The position numbers and the translations under genes are program-made. 64,000 nucleotides of DNA from Roseibacillus sp. (GTDB lineage: Bacteria > Verrucomicrobiota > Verrucomicrobiia > Verrucomicrobiales > Akkermansiaceae). The notes under the pieces were generated by a model. The model did not search any database. It worked only from the letters and a program-made list of their open reading frames with translations, and was not told where the DNA came from. Position 1 is the stretch's first letter; each line of letters begins with the position of its first letter. Where the stretch lies: assembly GCA_051251855.1 (NCBI GenBank), contig JBPOGI010000002.1:320001-384000 (forward strand), written 5' to 3'. Shown in pieces: positions 55,985 through 64,000 of this stretch.

Positions 55985-58225
55985 CTACTTCACTCCCCAG
56001 TTCTTGTTCGGCTCAGGTCCAAGCTCGAGCTCGAGGGTGCCGCCTTTGATGAAGGTCTCGTGGGGGACTTGGAAGGAGCCCCAATCTTTGCCGTTGAGCT
56101 TGGCGGATTGAATGTAGCAATTCTCGGGGCTCTGGTTCTTGGTGGTGATTACGAACTCGCCGCCTTTGTGATAGTCGGGATTGAGTTTGATGGTGACCTT
56201 GTCGAAGACTGGGGCGGTGAGGTCGTAGGCGGGGTTTTGTGACGCTCCACCGGTCATGTCAAAGAGTCCCATCGCCATGAGGGCGCTGAGGGCTCCCATT
56301 TGGCCTTGGTCTTCGTCTCCATTGTAGCCGCCGTCGGGAGTGACATCGGAGAAGGTCTTGGAGTGGACTTCGCGCACCCAGTATTGGGAGAGCCAAGGCT
56401 TGTCGATGTGGGAAAACACGTGCGCCATGCCGGTAGCGGGTTGGTTTTGGTAGTCGACCCAGGAGATGGCGTGGTTGCCATGCTCGGCGATGAAGCGGAC
56501 GGGGGCCGCTTTCTCGAAGTTGCTATTGAGCTTCTCGGCCATGGCGTCCTTGCTGCCGAAGAGTTCGGCAAGTCCGCCTAGGTCATGGGGAATGTAGAAA
56601 GTGTAGATCGCGGAAGCCGACTCGACGAAACCGGGTGAGGTGAAGCCGCCTTCTGCGTTGATGGGAGAGAAGGGCTCGAGCCAGGAACCGTCCATGTTGC
56701 GGGGGCGAATCCAGCCGGTTTCGGGATCCCAGAGGTTTTTGTAGTTGTCGGCGCGGGCTTCGAGGAGGGCGGCTTCCTCATAGCGTTCGAGAGACTTGGC
56801 GAATTGGGCGAGGCACCAATCTTGGTAAGAGTATTCGAGGGTCTGGGCCGCTCCTTCGCGGTGGCCTCCTTTCGATTTAGGAATCTTGAGGGGAACGTAA
56901 CCACGATTGACGTAGTAGCTCATGCCGCCGCCGTTGGAATAAGTCTGGGTTTCGTAACCGGCGTGGTCGCGGATGCCGCCAGGGAAGGCGTTGCGCATGA
57001 GACCGTCGAGGGCCTTGTCTTTATCCCAGTTGCGAATGCCTTTGTGGTAAGCGGCGGAGAAGAAGGAAGAGGCGGGGTCGCCAATCATGACGAAGGTGTA
57101 GTTGCCGCCGGATGGGCCGCGGGGAATCATACCGCCGTGCTCGTAGATATTGAGCATGGTGTCGGCGAAGTCGTCCATGAGCTCGGGCCAGGCCATGGGC
57201 CAAAGAACGTTGAGGGACCATTGAGCGCCCCAAAGAGCGTCAAAGTTGTAGTGTGGGCGCTCGCCTTTGCGGACTACGGTGGCGGGGCCGGTGTTGTCGG
57301 CGTATTTGCCGTCGACATCGCTGACAATGCGGCGACCGAGGTGGGCGTGCCAGAGGTCGGTATAGAATTTGGTTTTTTGGTCGTCGGTGCCGCCTTCGAC
57401 TTCGATGCGGCCGAGCCAGCTATTCCAAGCGTCGTAGGATTCTTGCACGATTTGGTCGAAATCCCATCCGGGGAGTTCGGCTTTGAGGTTGTTGATGGCG
57501 CCGGCTTTTCCGGTGTAGGAAAGAGCGACCTTCATCAAAAGGGGCTCGGTGAGTTGGCCGCAGTCGACGACTACTTTACCGCCGCTCCAGTCGCCAATGC
57601 GTTGGATGGGCTGGTTGAACTCGGCAACGAAGTAGACTTGGAAGGGCTTCTTGCGGCGACCGGTGGGGCCCATGGTGAAAGTGCCGTGGAGAGCTTTGTT
57701 GCCGGCGGCGATGCTTGCGGAGTGAGCAATCATCTCGTGGTCCATGAGCTTGCGGCCGAGGTCGAGGATGACGCGGGCAGAGTTGTCGGTAGGGTAGGTG
57801 TAGCGGTGAAAGCCGACTCGGGTGGTTGAGGTCAGCTCGGCGGTGATACCGTGGTCTTGCAGGACCACCTTGTGGTAACCGGCTTTGATGATTTCGTCGT
57901 CGTGAGAAAACTTGGACGCATAGTTGTCGACGTCGGTTTTCTCGGTGACGGGCATCACGGGAAGACCGGCGATTTGCCAGCCGTGAATGTGGCTGAAGCA
58001 TTCGATTTTTTCGTCGTAGTAGCGGTAACCAGAGTCCCATGTTTTGTCCGGCTGGGTGTCAGGGCTGAGGTTGACCATGCCAAAGGGGCGGCAGGCGGAG
58101 CTAAAGTAGAAGAAGCGGGGATCAACGGTGTCGATTTCAGGTTTGACCCAGTCGACGGGTGTTTTTTCCGCTTGGACGAATCCAACGGTGAGGCTGGCGA
58201 GGAGAACAAAGGCGAGTTGTTTCAT
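55985..58225 (-). CDS. GH92 alpha-mannosidase
   Basis: PFGMVNLSPDT, FSHIH, TLEYSYQD, FVES, NQP, GDEDQGQM. Confidence 0.93.
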   Translation of the reverse strand: MKQLAFVLLASLTVGFVQAEKTPVDWVKPEIDTVDPRFFYFSSACRPFGMVNLSPDTQPDKTWDSGYRYYDEKIECFSHIHGWQIAGLPVMPVTEKTDVDNYASKFSHDDEIIKAGYHKVVLQDHGITAELTSTTRVGFHRYTYPTDNSARVILDLGRKLMDHEMIAHSASIAAGNKALHGTFTMGPTGRRKKPFQVYFVAEFNQPIQRIGDWSGGKVVVDCGQLTEPLLMKVALSYTGKAGAINNLKAELPGWDFDQIVQESYDAWNSWLGRIEVEGGTDDQKTKFYTDLWHAHLGRRIVSDVDGKYADNTGPATVVRKGERPHYNFDALWGAQWSLNVLWPMAWPELMDDFADTMLNIYEHGGMIPRGPSGGNYTFVMIGDPASSFFSAAYHKGIRNWDKDKALDGLMRNAFPGGIRDHAGYETQTYSNGGGMSYYVNRGYVPLKIPKSKGGHREGAAQTLEYSYQDWCLAQFAKSLERYEEAALLEARADNYKNLWDPETGWIRPRNMDGSWLEPFSPINAEGGFTSPGFVESASAIYTFYIPHDLGGLAELFGSKDAMAEKLNSNFEKAAPVRFIAEHGNHAISWVDYQNQPATGMAHVFSHIDKPWLSQYWVREVHSKTFSDVTPDGGYNGDEDQGQMGALSALMAMGLFDMTGGASQNPAYDLTAPVFDKVTIKLNPDYHKGGEFVITTKNQSPENCYIQSAKLNGKDWGSFQVPHETFIKGGTLELELGPEPNKNWGVK

Positions 58226-59331
58226 GAGTTGTTAGGAAGTTGATCGAGAGCGTAAGCGTAGGCACCGACGGCGACGGCGTTGCTGGTGCCGAGACGGGAA
58301 ATGCCAACTCCGGTGCGAGGGAGAGGGTCGTAGTTGAGAGTTTGTGAAGTGCCAGGAACAGTGATTTCGCGGCTTTCGCCGCGGCAGAATTCGGCGAGTT
58401 CGTTGCTGTCTTCGAGGTTGAAAGACTTTTGAACGAGGCGGGGAAATTCTTCGCCTGAGGGTGAGCGGTAGCTGCCGTTCATCTCGGCGAGCAGAGCGGG
58501 AAGGAAGAGATCGCCTGCGCCCGAAAGACCGCCGCCGATAACGACAAGACCGTCGGTGAGAGTGACGAGTTGGGAGAGAGTATCGCCCACGTTTTCGCCG
58601 AGCTTTTGGTAGGCGGAGCGGGCGGCTTCGGTATTGCCTTCCAACTCTCCTTGAGCGATTTCACCAATTTCTTTGGGGGAGGGAGAATCTTCGAAGGAGA
58701 TGCCAGCTTGCTCGCAGTAGCTGCGTTGTACCGCGCGGATACAGGCTCCTTCTTCGGCGTTGGTTTCGGGATTGAGTTTGTTGCGCATGAGCCAAACCTC
58801 TGCACCGGAAACGTTGTCACCGCGTAGGAGTTTGCCGTCGATGACGATGCCTCCGCCAAAGCCGGTGCCCAAGGTGACACCGCAGAGATTGCGGTATTGT
58901 TTGGGGCTGCCGGATTGGGCGAGCTGCTCGTTGATTTGAGGAAGAAGTCCCGCCATCGATTCACCGTAGACGAAAAGGTCGCCGTCGTTGTTGATAAAGG
59001 TGGGAATCTTGAAATGGTTTTCAAGGAAGGAGGCGAGTGCCACTCCACCGCGAAAGCAGGGGAGGTTGGGCAAATCGCCGATGATGCCGCGGCGATAATC
59101 GCAAGGGCCAGGGAAGGCAAAGCTGATCGCGACGGGTGGAACGGAAATCTCCGATCGGACTCGCTCGAACCCCTCGACGAGCGTCCGCAAGCAAGCGTCG
59201 AGGGAGTGAGTGTTTGAAGGGAGAGCAAAGGGCTCGATGATGAGCTTGCCGCCCTGCATGGCCGAGAACTTGAAGCTGGTGCCCCCAGCATCCAGCGTCA
59301 TCACGGCGCGTTGGTCGGTTGATGGGCTCAT
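58222..59331 (-). CDS. ROK family sugar kinase
   Basis: LDAGGT, AFPGP, NNDGD, TLGTGFGGG; ATGA overlaps at both ends. Confidence 0.92.
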   Translation of the reverse strand: MSPSTDQRAVMTLDAGGTSFKFSAMQGGKLIIEPFALPSNTHSLDACLRTLVEGFERVRSEISVPPVAISFAFPGPCDYRRGIIGDLPNLPCFRGGVALASFLENHFKIPTFINNDGDLFVYGESMAGLLPQINEQLAQSGSPKQYRNLCGVTLGTGFGGGIVIDGKLLRGDNVSGAEVWLMRNKLNPETNAEEGACIRAVQRSYCEQAGISFEDSPSPKEIGEIAQGELEGNTEAARSAYQKLGENVGDTLSQLVTLTDGLVVIGGGLSGAGDLFLPALLAEMNGSYRSPSGEEFPRLVQKSFNLEDSNELAEFCRGESREITVPGTSQTLNYDPLPRTGVGISRLGTSNAVAVGAYAYALDQLPNNS

Positions 59332-60779
59332 GCTCCTTTGGCTGCCTCTTGCTGGAGAAGTTCTTCTGCGGTGGGTTCCTTTCTCTTCGAACCAATAAAT
59401 CCGAAGTAGGCGAGGTAGAGATAACCAATCAAAACAACAATGAGAGAAGCCTTAATCGAGAAGGCGTCTGCAAGGCCACCTTGCACAACGGGAAGAAGAG
59501 CTCCACCCACGATCATCATTACGAGTAGGGAGCTGCCTTGCGCGGTGTCTTTGCCCAAACCGCGAATGGAAAGGGTGAAGATGTTGGACCACATGATGGA
59601 GTTGAAGAGGCCAATTCCGATGATTCCCCAGAGGGCAAATTCGCCCGAAGCAAACATTGCGAAAACGGTTAGGACTGCCGCAACCATTGCAAAAAGCCCT
59701 ACCATGCGACCAGGAAGGGAGCGGCCGAGAATGAAGAAGATGAAGCTGAGCCCAATCATGAGCAAGTAGGGCCAGATATCTGCGAAGGCGAGGTGTTCCC
59801 CGCTGACGTTGAGCTTCTCACTGAAGGAGGCGTTGACGTAGATGATGATGAAGGAGACGACAGCAGCCGCAATCATGAGAGGCATCTTTTTACTATCGAC
59901 GATGGCGCTGAGAGAAATGGCTCCCATTAAACGACCAATCATAGCTCCACCCCAATAGAAGGCGAGATACTTGGTGGCTTGTTCCTCGGTGAGGCCCATC
60001 ACATCTTTCGCCCCCAAGTAGTTGATGAGGATACTTCCGATGGTGACTTCACAACCCACATAGAAGAAAATGGCGATCATGCCCCAGACAAAGTGCTTGT
60101 GGCGGAAGACCTTGATGCCGCGCTCAATGGTTCCTTCAACTTTGAAGGTGGGGAGTTTGATGAACTTGATGGCCAGCGCGAGGCCGAAGAGAATAACGGC
60201 TAGGCCGACATAAGGTGCTTTGACTGCTTCCACTCCGGGCTCAGCAGCTCCTTCGGTGGCTTTGGAAAAGAGAAAGAGGCCACCGATAAGAGCAGTGATC
60301 ACGTAACCCAATGAGTTGAGCCCTTGAGAAAGATTGAGGCGGGAGGGGGCCGAGGATTCGGGCCCGAGAATCGAGACATACGGATTGGCCGCAATTTGAA
60401 TGACCGTAATGCCTCCACCCAAGATAAAGAGAGCTCCTAGGAAGAGGGGGTATGAGTGAGCTTCCGCAGCAGGGTAGAATAGGCCACATCCGATACCGGC
60501 GACGCAGAGGCCGAGAATGAGTCCGTTTTTGTAACCAATCTTATTAATGGGGTCACCGCTGGAAGCAGAGATGAGGAAGTAGACGAGAGAGATGATGAAG
60601 TAAGCACCGAAGAAAGCGAATTGAACAAGGTTGGCTTGGAGCTGAGTCAGATCGAAGTCCTCTTTGAACTTCGGGATGAGCAGGTCGTTCATGCAACTGA
60701 TGAACCCCCACATAAAGAAAAGCGAGGTGACGATGGTAAACGCAAAGCGGTTTCCTGAGGTTTTCGATGAATCTGACAT
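59328..60779 (-). CDS. Sugar MFS transporter (FucP/GluP family)
   Basis: LFFMWGF, QFAFFGAY, ANPYV, FYVGCE, NSIMWSNIF; start taken at MSDS. Confidence 0.93.
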   Translation of the reverse strand: MSDSSKTSGNRFAFTIVTSLFFMWGFISCMNDLLIPKFKEDFDLTQLQANLVQFAFFGAYFIISLVYFLISASSGDPINKIGYKNGLILGLCVAGIGCGLFYPAAEAHSYPLFLGALFILGGGITVIQIAANPYVSILGPESSAPSRLNLSQGLNSLGYVITALIGGLFLFSKATEGAAEPGVEAVKAPYVGLAVILFGLALAIKFIKLPTFKVEGTIERGIKVFRHKHFVWGMIAIFFYVGCEVTIGSILINYLGAKDVMGLTEEQATKYLAFYWGGAMIGRLMGAISLSAIVDSKKMPLMIAAAVVSFIIIYVNASFSEKLNVSGEHLAFADIWPYLLMIGLSFIFFILGRSLPGRMVGLFAMVAAVLTVFAMFASGEFALWGIIGIGLFNSIMWSNIFTLSIRGLGKDTAQGSSLLVMMIVGGALLPVVQGGLADAFSIKASLIVVLIGYLYLAYFGFIGSKRKEPTAEELLQQEAAKGA

Positions 60780-61041
60780 GGGTTGGTTTTTTTTAGATGA
60801 TTCGCGCGACCAGAATTCCCAGTGAGCGAGTGATTCTGCGAAAATTAGGAGGTTCAAGTTGATACGACAAGGCCCTTCTGAGGTGGTGGCAGAGACTCCT
60901 TGCTCACTTCCCAGTTGGGTTACGGGTTTGAGCAAGTTTTTGGCCGGAAAGGTCAAGGCGCTTTGGTGGAAGGGCGCGGCACTGCTCTCAGGTCCCTTGT
61001 GAAAAGGATCTTTTTCCTGAAATCGGTGTTTGGATCCGTGA

Positions 61042-62496
61042 CTAAAGAAGTTTCCCTCGAATGGCGTCAGTGACGAGCTTCGGGTTGGCTTTGCCTTTGC
61101 TGGCTTTCATGACTTGGCCAGTGAGGAAGTTGATGAGCTTCTCGTTGCCTCCTTGGATGGCGGCGACTTGGTCAGGGTTGTTGGCGATGGCCTCATCGAT
61201 GAGGGCGTCGATGGCGGAATTGTCTGCGGGCTCGAAGCCCATCTCCTTAGCGAGAGCCGCCGGGTCGCTCTCGGGTTTCTCCCATAGGGCGGTGAAGAGG
61301 TCTTTTGCTTGGCTGTTAGAAATGGTTCCGGCTTCCACGAGGGAGAGGACTGCCGCCGTGGATTCGGCCTTGATGGGGGAGTCGGTGATGTCGGTGCTGT
61401 TTTCCTTGAGGATGGCCAGCAGGTTGTTGATGACCCAGTTGGCGGCCTTTTTGGGAGGGGCTTTGGTGGTGGTGGCGACAGTCTCGAAATAGTCGGAGAG
61501 CGGGCGCTCGGCGGTGAGTACTGAAGCGTCGTAGGCGGTGAGGCCAAAGTCTTTGACGAAGCGATCCGACTTATGGTGGGGAAGCTCGGGAACAAGAGGG
61601 CGCACTGTTTCTAACAACGGTTCGGTGCGAATCGGGAGAAGATCGGGGCAAGGGAAGTAGCGGTAGTCGTGGGCGTCTTCCTTGGAGCGCATCATTTGTG
61701 ATTCGCCGAGGTCGTCGTCCCAACGCCAGGTGCCTTGCTTTTGTCCGATGCCTTGGTCGAGTTCAGCGGACTGGCGGTCGATTTCGTAGTGGATGGCACG
61801 ACGAACGGCGGAGATGGAGTTGAGGTTTTTGAGCTCGATACGCTCGCCGAGTGGGTCGTCTTCGTTCTTACGGATAGAGATATTGACGTCGCAGCGCAGT
61901 TGGCCTTTTTCCATGTCGGCATCGGAAATGTCGCCGTAGATGAGGATTTGCTGAAGGGTCTTGATAAAGGCGAAGGCTTCTTCAGCGGAGTCGATGTCGG
62001 GTTCGGTGACGATTTCCATCAGGGGAGTGCCAGCGCGGTTGAAATCGACGAGGGAGTTCTTAGCGAGGTGAGTAGACTTGGCGACGTCTTCCTCGAGGTG
62101 AATGCGGTTCATCTCCACGACCTTGCCGGGGCGAACGATGTTCTTTTGATGGTCCTTGGGATAGTTGGTGTCGTAGAGAGGAACACCGCCACCGAGGCAG
62201 AGGGGGAAGTCCATCTGGGTGGTTTGGTAGTTCTTCGGCATGTCGGGGTAGAAGTAGTTCTTCCGATCCCATTTCGAAATTTCAGGAGAGCCGCAACCGA
62301 GCATGAGGCCGGCGAGGAGGGTTTTCTCGATGGCGGTCTGGTTGAGAACGGGGAGGGCACCAGGAAGTCCGAGGCAGGTAGGGCAAGTATTCGTGTTGGG
62401 CTCGTCCCCAAAAGAGGTGGGACAGGCGCAGAACATTTTGGAGTTCGTTTTGACCTGGCAATGGACTTCGAGTCCGATGGTGGGAATATACTTCAT
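61042..62496 (-). CDS. gatB: Asp/Glu-tRNA amidotransferase subunit B
   Basis: IGLEVH, RKNYFYPD, HLEED, NRAGTPLMEIV, RSKEDAHDYRYF, GQVMK. Confidence 0.98.
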   Translation of the reverse strand: MKYIPTIGLEVHCQVKTNSKMFCACPTSFGDEPNTNTCPTCLGLPGALPVLNQTAIEKTLLAGLMLGCGSPEISKWDRKNYFYPDMPKNYQTTQMDFPLCLGGGVPLYDTNYPKDHQKNIVRPGKVVEMNRIHLEEDVAKSTHLAKNSLVDFNRAGTPLMEIVTEPDIDSAEEAFAFIKTLQQILIYGDISDADMEKGQLRCDVNISIRKNEDDPLGERIELKNLNSISAVRRAIHYEIDRQSAELDQGIGQKQGTWRWDDDLGESQMMRSKEDAHDYRYFPCPDLLPIRTEPLLETVRPLVPELPHHKSDRFVKDFGLTAYDASVLTAERPLSDYFETVATTTKAPPKKAANWVINNLLAILKENSTDITDSPIKAESTAAVLSLVEAGTISNSQAKDLFTALWEKPESDPAALAKEMGFEPADNSAIDALIDEAIANNPDQVAAIQGGNEKLINFLTGQVMKASKGKANPKLVTDAIRGKLL

Positions 62497-62621
62497 CGCG
62501 CGGCCCTGTTTTGACCGTGAAAGCTAGCGAAGGCACGAAGATTTTTCAGCAAAATGCCTGAAAACCAGTGCCGCATTGCACGCTTGCCCAAAAGGAGGCG
62601 GGGTGATGCCATGCAGGGAGA

Positions 62622-64000
62622 ATGTTCGCTGAGTTCCGGCCCCTTTTTCCTCATCTCAAGCCTCTGATCCCGAGGTTTCTTTTGGGAGTGGGGGCCGGAG
62701 TGGTCTACGGACTGGCCACGGGAGCAGGGCTGCCCTTGCTTTCCAAGACCGCGCTTCCGGTGATTTTTGAACGCGAGGGAGAAACAGCGGATGTCCCCCA
62801 GTGGTTTCGTGACGCCAACGAGACCCTCTTTGGTGGCGATATTGACCGGCTTGTCATTGCGAGCTGCTTTTTTATTCCCTTCGTTTTTCTGGTGCGTGCT
62901 GTGGGTAGCTATTTGAGTGGCTTTTTCATGAAGGAGGTGGGGATTCGCGCGATTGAGAACTTCCGCTGTGAAGTCTTCGATCGTTTACTCAAGCTTCCGC
63001 TGGGCTTCTTTGGCCAACATGCCTCGGGAGAGCTTCTTTCGCGGGTTCTGGGTGATACGGGAGCGATGCAAACCGCCGTCACAAAGTCGGCGGGCGACAC
63101 CATCAAGCAGCCGATGGTGTTGGTCTTTGCGATGGCTTTTCTCATCAACGAGGCCATTACCAAGGAAGGCGTTTTCTTTGCTCTGATTGGCGTTGTTACG
63201 GTGCCTTTACTCATTTTTCCCATTCGGATCCTCGGCAAACGTCTCAAAAAACGCTCCTTAGCGATGCAGGAGAAGAACGGAGAAATCACGGGGATGACTT
63301 CCGAGGTGATTCAAAACCCCCTCGAAGTGAGGGCTTACAATTTGGAACGGCAGTTGGGACGGACCTTTGGTAAACTCTCCGCCCAACGACGCAATTTGGA
63401 ACTTCGTCTCGTGCGCTATCGGGGATTGCTCTCGCCCATCGTGGAAGTAGTGGCCGCCATCGGTTTTGCATTCTCCCTCTATCTCGGAGCGCAAAAAGGC
63501 ATGGGGTTGGATGATTTTATGGGCATGCTCACGGCTCTTTTCTTGAGCTACGAGCCTATCAAAAAGCTAGGTGCACTCCATGGCATGCTCGAGCAAGCGA
63601 AGGCCTCCATGCAGCGGGTCAGATTGATTATCGATAGCGAAGATGAGATTTCAGAACCAGAGAAGCCGGTTGCCATCGACAGGCTACGGGGTGAGATTTC
63701 CTTTGAAGATGTGCGTTTTTCCTATGGAACAGAAGAGGTTCTCAAGGGGGCTTCGGTGCACATTTCTCCGGGAGAAACAGTGGCTTTGGTGGGTGAAAGC
63801 GGAGGGGGGAAGACCACTTTTGTGAATCTCATTCCGCGCTTTTATGAGGTCGCCAGTGGAGCAATCAAGGTCGATGGCCATGATGTTCGCAGCATACGCA
63901 AACACGAGTTGAGGTCTCAAATCGCCCTCGTTCCGCAAATGCCCGTTCTTTTTCGAGGCACCATTCGTGAGAATATTCTGATGGGACGGCCAGAAGCCAG
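62622..64000 (+). CDS. ABC transporter permease/ATP-binding protein, MsbA-like (partial, runs off window end)
   Basis: Not in ORF track; ATG 62622 MFAEFRPLFPHLK..., TM domain, Walker A GESGGGKTT, LIPRFY, VPQ Q-loop. Confidence 0.92.
   Translation, partial: MFAEFRPLFPHLKPLIPRFLLGVGAGVVYGLATGAGLPLLSKTALPVIFEREGETADVPQWFRDANETLFGGDIDRLVIASCFFIPFVFLVRAVGSYLSGFFMKEVGIRAIENFRCEVFDRLLKLPLGFFGQHASGELLSRVLGDTGAMQTAVTKSAGDTIKQPMVLVFAMAFLINEAITKEGVFFALIGVVTVPLLIFPIRILGKRLKKRSLAMQEKNGEITGMTSEVIQNPLEVRAYNLERQLGRTFGKLSAQRRNLELRLVRYRGLLSPIVEVVAAIGFAFSLYLGAQKGMGLDDFMGMLTALFLSYEPIKKLGALHGMLEQAKASMQRVRLIIDSEDEISEPEKPVAIDRLRGEISFEDVRFSYGTEEVLKGASVHISPGETVALVGESGGGKTTFVNLIPRFYEVASGAIKVDGHDVRSIRKHELRSQIALVPQMPVLFRGTIRENILMGRPEA

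Noticed and set aside
60780..61041. Long intergenic region as a riboswitch or sRNA (also 34750-34969)
   Set aside because: No recognisable conserved motif or convincing structure by eye; an Infernal/Rfam scan would be needed.

Overview
Bacterial chromosomal window, most likely from a Verrucomicrobiota (Verrucomicrobiales/Roseibacillus-like) genome. This is inferred from the PEP-CTERM protein, sulfatases, ThuA domains, the YHYH protein and the 'FFRV'-type C-terminal tails. It mixes housekeeping genes (rseP, comM, trpB, ndk, thrS, infC, a 2-oxoacid dehydrogenase E1a/E1b/E2, nuoDEF, typA, gatB, an MsbA-like ABC transporter) with secreted and carbohydrate-active genes (sulfatases, GH92-ROK-MFS, DUF5060 glycosidase). 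It also holds an MbnP-MbnH-like fusion near a YHYH-sulfatase fusion, and an FkbH-like gene running off the left edge. I saw no rRNA, tRNA, CRISPR array or transposase. The main finding is absent from the ORF track: an 87-codon minus-strand frame (2640-2903) between a DoxX and an NRDE gene. It encodes a membrane-anchored peptide with two in-frame TGA codons, both in S-T-(TGA) context and each followed by a hairpin with a CC-GG(G/U)C-GG apex resembling a bacterial SECIS. It is a candidate two-selenocysteine small protein. Also noted: a Rex/CRP-type operator before nuoD, sigma-54-type promoters, apparently leaderless promoters, an ATA start for infC, and GGAG-type REP-like elements. All family calls come from motif recognition; no database search was run.
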